Below the pieces are notes generated by a model. It did not search any database, had not been told where the DNA came from, and saw only the letters and a list, made by a program, of their open reading frames with translations. A stretch of 64,000 bases of DNA, from the NCBI GenBank assembly GCA_041484665.1, contig JBGPIA010000013.1, forward strand, positions 32,001-96,000, in the 5' to 3' direction. This document shows positions 56,848 through 64,000 of this stretch, piece by piece. The stretch is from Candidatus Krumholzibacteriia bacterium (lineage in GTDB: Bacteria; Krumholzibacteriota; Krumholzibacteriia; JAJRXK01). The number at the start of each line of letters is the position of its first letter. Within the stretch, counting starts at the first letter, position 1. The translations under genes and the position numbers were made by a program.

Positions 56848-59645
56848 GGTTGCTCGAAGCTGAGCTGCTCGCGGGCGGGCAGCGTGCCGGCCAGGAACGC
56901 TACGGCCCGCTCGATCACGCCGGCCAGCGAGCTGCTCGGCTCGGCCTGGACGGCCTGCAATTGACCGAGGAAGCCGTGCAGCCGCAGCTCTTCGATGTGG
57001 TAGACGGTCATGCAGCGCAGCGACTCGCTGCCGTTCTCCAGCAGCCACTGCAGTACCCCATCGTAGGTCAGGCCCGCGGGCGTGTAGTACGGACGGGCGC
57101 GACCCAGACGAGCGTCGTCGGCCGCGTCATCCACGAGCCCCAGCAGCGGGTCGCGCAGCGGGTGCTGCACCAGGTTCTCCAGCAGCTCGCGGCTGTCGTC
57201 GCGCGTGGCGCGGTTCGGGCTGTGCAGGCCGGCGTAGATGCTGTGGAAGTCCTCGGCGACGTGGCGCAGGGCCAGCAAGCGGAAGAGCCGATCGACCGCG
57301 TGCTCCTCCTTGTCCTTCAGCATCGAGAGGACCAGCTGGTGCACGGGGGTCACGCGCACAGGCAGCGCCGCCCCCCCGCGTGCCAGTGTCGATCGCAGGT
57401 CCAGCGCCCGGAACGCGCCCGCCAGCGTTTGCCCGATGGCGTCGTCGAGCACATGGCGGTCGAGGTCCAGCATGGGATGATCGCGCCGCAGTCGGCCCAG
57501 CGCGCGCAGGATCTTGAAACGCACCACACCGTCGTCGTGGTGCAGCAGGTGGCGCAGCAGCACCGGGCCAGCGGCCTGTGGCGCAAACAGGCAAAGCGTG
57601 CGCGGCACGTGACGCTGGATGGGCAGTGGCACCGCGGGATCGGCCAGGGCCGAGTCAAGCGCCGCCAGCGCCGGATCGCCCAGGGTGGCCAGGGTCTCGC
57701 GCACTGCGGGGCGCAGCCGCCGCTGCGGCAGCATCTTCATCAGGGCGGGCAGGAAGCCGTGGCCGCCGATGGCGCGCATGGCCCAGACCACCTCCAGCTG
57801 CACGGCCCGATCCGGCGACTCGGCCAGGCGCAACAACGCGCGCTCGAATAGCGGCGCTGGCTGGCGGTGGATGGCGCGGGCCAGCGCCAGGTGGCTCTCC
57901 GTGTCGTCGCGGGCGAGCTCGGCATCGATGGCCTCGTCCGCCTCCTCCCCCGCCAGCCCTCCGAGCGCGATCAACCCCACGATCGCCGTGGCGCGCACGG
58001 CCGGCGAGGGGTCGCCGTAGGAGGCCCCCAGCAGCGACTCGTCCGGCTTGACCGCGGACCAGGCGCGCAACGTGGCGGCGCGCACCTCGGGATCGTCGTG
58101 GTGCAACAGCCGGCCGCCGATCGCCACGAAGTCGTCGCGGCCCGCGGCGGCGAAGATCTCCAGCGCGTGGATCACGACCTCGCTGGACGGGTGGTAGAGG
58201 ATCAGCGTCGGGATGAGGCGTGTGCGCCCCTCCTCGGCCAGCAGCTCCAGCGCCGCGATCACCTCGGCGTCGTTGCGGCTGTTGAGGGTGGCGATGAGCG
58301 TCTCCAGCGAGTTGAGGTCCAGCTGCGGGAAGTCCATCTTCATGCGGAACGACTTCTCCTGCAGCGTGGAGCGGAACACGTCGATGTAGTGGGAACGCAG
58401 GGTGAGCGTCAGCAGGAACCAGCCGGCCGCCAGCGCCACCACGGCAACGGCCAGCGCGCGCTCGCCGCCGCCCGCACCGGCAATCGCCAGGATCGCCAGC
58501 GATGCGGCGGCCTGGCCGCCGCGCTGGCCGAGCACGTCGATGAAGCCCTTGATCTGGGTGCGCAGCTCGAAGGCGAGCGGGACGTAGAGGACCTCGGATG
58601 ACGTGCGGTGCAGCGAGTGGCGCAGGGCGCCGTCGGGGCCCTTGAGCGCCAGCACCGCCACCAGCCCGCCCACCACCGCGACCGCCCCCGCGCCCAGCAG
58701 CAGCAAGAGGGGCAGCACGGCGATCACACGATTGATGCCCATCGTGCGCACGAGCCACGGCAACAGCACGAGCTGGGCACCCAGGGAGAGGAGGTTGAGG
58801 GCCAGGTACGTGGTGGAGAAGAACGCGGAGAGCTGCGGGGCCGGTACGTGACGCGCGACGCCGCTCTTGAACAGGTAGTCGACGATGGTGAGCGTGATGC
58901 TCGACAGCAGCACGAGCAGCGCGACGCGCCGCACGTAGGGCCGCTCCCACACCATCCGGCCGATGAGGGCGGCCTCGCGCGGCCCATGCCGTGCCGCTGC
59001 CAGGCGCCGCCGCGCGGGACCGGAGGATGCGGGCACTGCGGCCCCGGCCGCGGATGTCCGGGGCGCGAGCGACGGCCCGCCGGCGGTCACCAGCAGGATG
59101 CCGGCCGCCGCCAGCAACAGCATGCGCGGCTCGACCACTGTGCTTAGCGCCCGGGCAAGGCCAGCCCCGGCGATCGCCCCCAGCATGCTCCCGGCGCCGA
59201 TCAGCGGGAACAGCCGCTTGGCCTGCGTGACGGTGAAGACACTGCCCACCAGCGTCCAGAACCGCACGACCAGGGCGGTGGCGACGACGCCGGGCCAAGC
59301 GTACAGGGCGTAGAGGATCCACGGGCGCGGCGACCGCAGCAGCACCCAGAAGCCCAGCGTTCCCGCTGCCGCGACCAGCAGCAGGGCGCTCAGCACGTTA
59401 CGCTCCTGCAGACGCGCGGGCACCAGGCGCTGCGCTCGATCCACCACCAGGACGGCGGCCGGGATGGCCAGGTAGACCCACGGCAGGCGCGAGGCCGGCA
59501 GGCTGGCCAAAAACAGGGCGTCGCGGGCCGTCTCCATCAGCGCGTGGCCGGCCATCAGCCCCAGCAGGGTCAGGAAGGCGCCGAGGACGTCTCGGCGCTC
59601 GGCCGACCGGATGTCCGGGCGCAGGCGGGAGAGCTGATGGAACAT
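56844..59645 (-). CDS. Npt/TLC-like (ATP/ADP translocase) MFS domain fused to HEAT repeats
   Basis: ETARDALFL, FT.TQAKRLF..IG.G..LG, DYLFK, LRHSLHR...EVLY.P, K.FID...QR.G; C-terminal HEAT repeats. Confidence 0.88.
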   Translation of the reverse strand: MFHQLSRLRPDIRSAERRDVLGAFLTLLGLMAGHALMETARDALFLASLPASRLPWVYLAIPAAVLVVDRAQRLVPARLQERNVLSALLLVAAAGTLGFWVLLRSPRPWILYALYAWPGVVATALVVRFWTLVGSVFTVTQAKRLFPLIGAGSMLGAIAGAGLARALSTVVEPRMLLLAAAGILLVTAGGPSLAPRTSAAGAAVPASSGPARRRLAAARHGPREAALIGRMVWERPYVRRVALLVLLSSITLTIVDYLFKSGVARHVPAPQLSAFFSTTYLALNLLSLGAQLVLLPWLVRTMGINRVIAVLPLLLLLGAGAVAVVGGLVAVLALKGPDGALRHSLHRTSSEVLYVPLAFELRTQIKGFIDVLGQRGGQAAASLAILAIAGAGGGERALAVAVVALAAGWFLLTLTLRSHYIDVFRSTLQEKSFRMKMDFPQLDLNSLETLIATLNSRNDAEVIAALELLAEEGRTRLIPTLILYHPSSEVVIHALEIFAAAGRDDFVAIGGRLLHHDDPEVRAATLRAWSAVKPDESLLGASYGDPSPAVRATAIVGLIALGGLAGEEADEAIDAELARDDTESHLALARAIHRQPAPLFERALLRLAESPDRAVQLEVVWAMRAIGGHGFLPALMKMLPQRRLRPAVRETLATLGDPALAALDSALADPAVPLPIQRHVPRTLCLFAPQAAGPVLLRHLLHHDDGVVRFKILRALGRLRRDHPMLDLDRHVLDDAIGQTLAGAFRALDLRSTLARGGAALPVRVTPVHQLVLSMLKDKEEHAVDRLFRLLALRHVAEDFHSIYAGLHSPNRATRDDSRELLENLVQHPLRDPLLGLVDDAADDARLGRARPYYTPAGLTYDGVLQWLLENGSESLRCMTVYHIEELRLHGFLGQLQAVQAEPSSSLAGVIERAVAFLAGTLPAREQLSFEQP

Positions 59646-59932
59646 AGTGAGTGAAGGAGTGTGCGGCGACCGCCGGCCAAGCCTAGCCGATTTTGCGCGC
59701 GGCCGCGACCCACGTGGTATGGACCCAGGGCCCCCGGGCGCGGATAATGGGCGCTCGGGCGCGGGAAGTGGGTGTGGGGGCGCGGGAGTGGCCGCGCGGG
59801 ACTGGCCGCGCGGATGGACGGGGCGGAGGTCGGCGCATGCTGAGGCGGCGGGACGCGGATCGGGCTGTGAAGCTTGGCGCCGGGGTGGCGTGGGGGCTGG
59901 CCGTGTGGGCGGCCCTGCCGGCGGCTGCGGCG

Positions 59933-60898
59933 ATGGCTCTGCGGATCGCCCTGCGGAGGGCCGTGAGGCTCGCCGGGATCCTGGCCATCCCCCTGCTCGC
60001 GCCGGGCTGCGGGGAGCGCCCCCCGCAAGATCGCCTGCAGGTCGCCGTGAGCGTGCCGCCCCAGGCCTTCCTAGTCCAACGCGTCGGCGGGGCGCTCGTA
60101 ACGGTGCAGACGATGCTCGCGCCCGGCACCTCCGAGCACGCCGTCGAGCTGAGCCCGCGCCAGATGGCGGCCCTCAGCGATGCGCGTCTCTACGTGAAGG
60201 TGGGCCACCGCGACATGCTGGTCGAGAGCCGGCGCATCGATCCGTTCCTGGCCGCGCATCCGGCCATCCTGGTGGTGGACATGGCGGCAGCCGCCTTGCA
60301 GGACAGCGCATCGCGTCGCACCGTGCGCGCCCTGGACGCCGGCGACCCGCACCTCTGGCTGTCGCCGTCGGTGATGCGCAGCGGCGCGCGAGCGATCGCG
60401 AACGGTCTGCGCGCGGTCGATGCGGCCCACGCGGCTGAGTACGACACGAACCTGGGTCTGCTGCTGGCGGACATCGATGTGCTCGACGGCGACGTCCGCG
60501 CGCTGCTTGCACCCCGCGCCGAGCCGGACGCGGCCGGTCCACCCGAGCCGCGCGCCACGCCAACTCCGCCGCGGCGGTGCTTCATGGTCTATCATCCGGC
60601 GTGGGGCTTCTTCGCGCGGGAGTATGGTCTGCGGCAGGTGTCGATCGAGGAGGAGGGCAAGGAGCCCGGCCCTGCGCGACTGCAGCAGCTCATCGCGCAG
60701 GCCCGCCACGCCGGCGTCCGCACGATCTTCGTGCAACGGGGCTTTTCCACCAAGAGCGCGCACGTCGTGGCCGAGGAGATCGGGGCCCAGCTGGTGGAGC
60801 TCGATCCCATGACCACCGACTGGCTGGCCGGAATGCGCCAGGCCGCGCGAGCCATCCGTGACGGGCTGTCCGCAGACGTGGGGCAGGACGTGCCGTGA
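59933..60898 (+). CDS. znuA: Zn/Mn ABC transporter substrate-binding lipoprotein
   Basis: Lipobox-like LAPGC; SEH, DPHLWLSP, YHPAWG.FAREYGL.Q, EGKEP, LDP. Confidence 0.88.
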   Translation: MALRIALRRAVRLAGILAIPLLAPGCGERPPQDRLQVAVSVPPQAFLVQRVGGALVTVQTMLAPGTSEHAVELSPRQMAALSDARLYVKVGHRDMLVESRRIDPFLAAHPAILVVDMAAAALQDSASRRTVRALDAGDPHLWLSPSVMRSGARAIANGLRAVDAAHAAEYDTNLGLLLADIDVLDGDVRALLAPRAEPDAAGPPEPRATPTPPRRCFMVYHPAWGFFAREYGLRQVSIEEEGKEPGPARLQQLIAQARHAGVRTIFVQRGFSTKSAHVVAEEIGAQLVELDPMTTDWLAGMRQAARAIRDGLSADVGQDVP

Positions 60899-61659
60899 CC
60901 GATCCGCAGACCCTCATCGAGGTGCAGAAGGTCACCTTTGGCTACCGCCAGGAGATCGTGCTGGACGAGGTCGATCTGCAGATCCGCGCGAGCGACTACG
61001 TGGCGGTGATCGGCCCCAATGGGGGCGGCAAGACCACGCTGCTCAAGATCATCCTGGGGCTGTTGCGCCCGTGGTCGGGGCGCGTCGTCCTCCACCCACC
61101 TGCCGGGCGCGGGCGCCTGGGCTACGTGCCGCAGTTCTTCACCTTCGACCGCGAGTTCCCACTGCGTGTGCTCGACGTCGTGCTCATGGGCCGGCTCGGG
61201 GCGCGCGGCCTGTTCCACGCCTACAATGCCCAGGATCGAAGGACGGTGCAGGAGGTGCTCGAGCGCATGCACCTGCAGAAGCTCGAGCAGGCCCACATCA
61301 CCGAGCTGTCGGGCGGCCAGCTGCAGCGCACGCTGATCGCCCGCGCGCTCGTCTCCGATCCGGCAGTGCTGCTGCTGGACGAGCCGACGGCGTCCGTCGA
61401 TGCCGAGTCGCGGGAGATCCTGCGCGCGACCCTGGCGGAGATGAATCGTCGCATCCCGGTCATCGTGGTGACCCACGACGTCACGGCCGTTTCCACCGAC
61501 GTCAAGCAGTTCGCCTGCGTCAACCGTAAGCTCTACTACCACGGCCGCGCCGAGCTCACCACCGAGCTGCTCGAGCAGGTCTACGGCTGCCCGGTGGAGA
61601 TGATCGGGCACGGCCTGCCCCACCGCGTGCTGGTGGATCACTCGGGCCACGAGCACTGA
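60895..61659 (+). CDS. znuC: Zn/Mn ABC transporter ATPase
   Basis: GPNGGGKTT, GYVPQ, LSGGQ.QR, LLLDEPT, VTHD. Confidence 0.92.
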   Translation: MTDPQTLIEVQKVTFGYRQEIVLDEVDLQIRASDYVAVIGPNGGGKTTLLKIILGLLRPWSGRVVLHPPAGRGRLGYVPQFFTFDREFPLRVLDVVLMGRLGARGLFHAYNAQDRRTVQEVLERMHLQKLEQAHITELSGGQLQRTLIARALVSDPAVLLLDEPTASVDAESREILRATLAEMNRRIPVIVVTHDVTAVSTDVKQFACVNRKLYYHGRAELTTELLEQVYGCPVEMIGHGLPHRVLVDHSGHEH

Positions 61660-61683
61660 CCCGTGACGAGCGCGAGCTGACCC

Positions 61684-62511
61684 GTGAGTACGATGATCGA
61701 CGCCCTCTCCTATGACTTCGTGCGCCACGCGTTGCTCGCCGGGCTGCTCGCCAGCCTGGTGTGCGGAGTGATCGGCACGTTCGTGGTGGTCAAGCGGCTC
61801 GTGTTCGTGAGCGGCGGGATCAGCCACGCCGCTTTCGGCGGTCTGGGCATCTGCTATTACCTGGGCGCGGATCCGCGTGTGGGCGCGGTAGCCGTCTCGC
61901 TGCTGATGGCGGTGCTTCTGGGCATGGGAAAGCGGGAGCGCCTGCGGGCGCAGGATGCCACGATCGGCATCCTGTGGGCGGTAGGGATGGCCATCGGAAT
62001 CGTCTTCATCCATCTGGCGCCGGGCTACGCTCCAGACCTGATGAGCTATCTGTTCGGCAGCATCCTGACCGTAACGCAGGCCGACGTGCTGGTGTCCGCG
62101 GTCCTGACGCTGGTGGTCCTGGCGGTGGTGGCCCTGCTCTACAAGGAGCTCGTGGCGGTGGCCTTCGACGAGTCGTTCGCGGTCGTCCAGGGCATCCCCG
62201 TGCACCGAGTGCTGACGCTGTTGCTGGCCCTCATCGGGCTGTGCGTGGTCATGCTCATCCAGGTCGTGGGGATCGTCTTGTTGATCGCGCTGCTGACGAT
62301 TCCGCCCATGATCGCGCTGCGGTTGGCGCGGCGGTTTACGACGGTCCTGCTGTTGTCGGCGCTGATCGGGATGGCGACCACGGCGGCGGGGCTGGCGCTG
62401 TCGTTCCGCTACGACGTCCCTTCGGGGCCCTCGATCGTGCTGCTCGGAGCGCTCGTGATGCTGATCGTGTTCGCCGTCAAAGGGCGCCGTCGCCGGCGCC
62501 GGGTCGCCTGA
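61684..62511 (+). CDS. znuB: Zn/Mn ABC transporter permease
   Basis: ISHAAFGG, DLMSYLFGSIL, FDE.FA, VVGIVL.IALLTIP. Confidence 0.92.
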   Translation: MSTMIDALSYDFVRHALLAGLLASLVCGVIGTFVVVKRLVFVSGGISHAAFGGLGICYYLGADPRVGAVAVSLLMAVLLGMGKRERLRAQDATIGILWAVGMAIGIVFIHLAPGYAPDLMSYLFGSILTVTQADVLVSAVLTLVVLAVVALLYKELVAVAFDESFAVVQGIPVHRVLTLLLALIGLCVVMLIQVVGIVLLIALLTIPPMIALRLARRFTTVLLLSALIGMATTAAGLALSFRYDVPSGPSIVLLGALVMLIVFAVKGRRRRRRVA

Positions 62512-62622
62512 GCGGGGGCGTTGGGCTGCAACGGGGCGCTTGGCGTGCGGCTTTGCGAGGGTGCTCGGCCTCGTGCTCTGGGTGGCGACCGCCGGTGAGG
62601 GTCCGTTCGCGGAGGACTGTTC

Positions 62623-63744
62623 GTGGATCTGCTGGTGCGCATCCTATCGGGAGCCTGGGAGACGCTGCAGCAGGCCGCGCCCTATATCCTGTTGGGCCTG
62701 GTGCTGGGCGGCGTCCTGCACGTACTGCTCGATGCGCAGTCCATCCAGCGGCGCCTGGGCGGAGGGGGGCTGCGCTCGGTGACGCTCGCGGCGCTGCTGG
62801 GGATTCCCCTTCCGATCTGCAGCTGCGCCATCGTTCCCGCGTCCATCGAGTTGCACCGCAAAGGGGCCAGTCGCGCCGCCAGCCTCTCCTTCCTTATTAC
62901 TACGCCGGAGTCGGGCGTCGACTCGATTCTCGTCACGTGGGGGATGCTCGGACCGATCATGGCCGTGGCACGGCCGGTGGCGAGCTTTCTCACCGCGCTG
63001 CTCGCCGGCGCGATCGCGCTGCTCACTCCATCGCAGGCAGGAACGGGTGCGCAGGACCCGGCGCCGCCTGCGGATCCGTGCAGCTGCGACGAGCCGCTGG
63101 TGGAGGCCAGGGCGGTCGTGGGTGCCGCGCGTCGGCACCCGCCCCTCGTGCGGATGGCCCGCCACGCGTTCATCGACCTGCTCGACGACCTGGTGTTCTG
63201 GCTCGTGCTGGGGTTCCTGGTCGCGGGGGCGATCATCGCGATGGTGCCCGGCGACCTGGCGAAGCACGGCCTGGGTTCGGGGATCGCTCCCATGCTGATC
63301 ATGCTCGCCGTCGGCATTCCCATGTACATGTGCGCGTCGGCCAGCACCCCGGTGGGCGCGGCGCTCATCGGCAAGGGGTTGAGCCCGGGCGCGGCGCTGG
63401 TGTTCCTGCTGTCGGGGCCGGCGACCAACGCGGCGACGCTCGTGCTACTGCTGCGCCATTTCGGCCGGACGTTCGTCGCGATCTACCTGGCCAGCGTCGC
63501 CGTAGCGTCGGTCGTGTGCGGGCTCTTGCTCGATGCGCTGGTGCGCGTGGTGGGGTGGCGGATCGCGCCACGCCTGGCGCCTGCAGCGATCGGCGTGGTG
63601 GAGGCGGTCCACTGGCTGCCGGTGGTGCTGCTGTGCGGGCTCATGCTGTGGCGGCTGGCGGCCGGAGCCGGACGGCAGGGGGTGCGCGAGTTGGCGGAAA
63701 ACTTCCGCGGATGGGTCGGTGCGGGCGCGCGGGCAGGGGGGTGA
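62623..63744 (+). CDS. DUF318/SO_0444-family metal permease
   Basis: GIPLPICSC.IVP, FLITTPE.GVDS, GIPMYMCASASTP, FLLSGPATN. Confidence 0.9.
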   Translation: MDLLVRILSGAWETLQQAAPYILLGLVLGGVLHVLLDAQSIQRRLGGGGLRSVTLAALLGIPLPICSCAIVPASIELHRKGASRAASLSFLITTPESGVDSILVTWGMLGPIMAVARPVASFLTALLAGAIALLTPSQAGTGAQDPAPPADPCSCDEPLVEARAVVGAARRHPPLVRMARHAFIDLLDDLVFWLVLGFLVAGAIIAMVPGDLAKHGLGSGIAPMLIMLAVGIPMYMCASASTPVGAALIGKGLSPGAALVFLLSGPATNAATLVLLLRHFGRTFVAIYLASVAVASVVCGLLLDALVRVVGWRIAPRLAPAAIGVVEAVHWLPVVLLCGLMLWRLAAGAGRQGVRELAENFRGWVGAGARAGG

Positions 63745-63816
63745 GGTGGGCGTAGCCGGGCGGCAGCCAGGGTGTGCGCGCGCGGCGGGTCCCCGCGTGC
63801 TGTATTGCCGGCGGGG

Positions 63817-63884
63817 TCGTGAGCACATTGTGCTTACTTCCGGCCGACCCCCGACCGCCCGATGTAAGCACATTGTGCTCACGA
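63817..63884. promoter_or_regulatory. Two 19-bp palindromes forming a long inverted repeat
   Basis: GTGAGCACATTGTGCTTAC (63819-63837) and GTAAGCACATTGTGCTCAC (63864-63882). Confidence 0.7.
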
Positions 63885-64000
63885 GCGCGCGCAAGACCCC
63901 ACGCCATCGCGACGCGCCACTCCCACACCCCTACAGTTTCCTCGGGGAAACTCTCGCCGGCTTCGTCTATCATCCGCATCCGCAGCTAGCCCCCCGCTGG

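Overview
High-GC bacterial chromosomal window (about 70% GC by eye) with roughly 48 genes and no rRNA, tRNA, CRISPR array or recognisable transposase/integrase. The FlgD-Ig-tailed secreted protein, TPR-sigma54 activator and many Ser/Thr kinases suggest an FCB-related candidate lineage such as Eisenbacteria/Krumholzibacteriota (inference only). Content: a MocR regulator plus paralogous aminotransferase; hydrolases; rubrerythrin; kinases; a dispersed SOS mutagenesis set (lexA, imuA, imuB); a group-2 sigma factor next to an XRE repressor; mgsA; a secreted-peptide/TPR-sigma54 activator pair; a CHAT-TPR protease and secreted proteins; a lipid cluster; a box benzoyl-CoA cluster; a broken TonB receptor; an Npt-HEAT/cNMP/kinase operon; and znuACB. 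Best signals read directly from the DNA: (1) an AGAC-N4-GTCT-type palindrome at the identical position in the 17-bp spacer of the lexA, imuA and imuB promoters, a candidate new LexA box; (2) a signal-peptide precursor coupled to a low-GC TPR sensor fused to a sigma54 activator, a candidate RRNPP-like peptide signalling system; (3) boxRCB with no boxA, followed instead by a thioredoxin-like 2Fe-2S ferredoxin and a NuoF-like flavoprotein; (4) a 19/21-identical operator shared by the sigma-factor promoter and the XRE gene start; (5) two families of dispersed palindromes, pervasive tandem micro-duplications and deletion scars.
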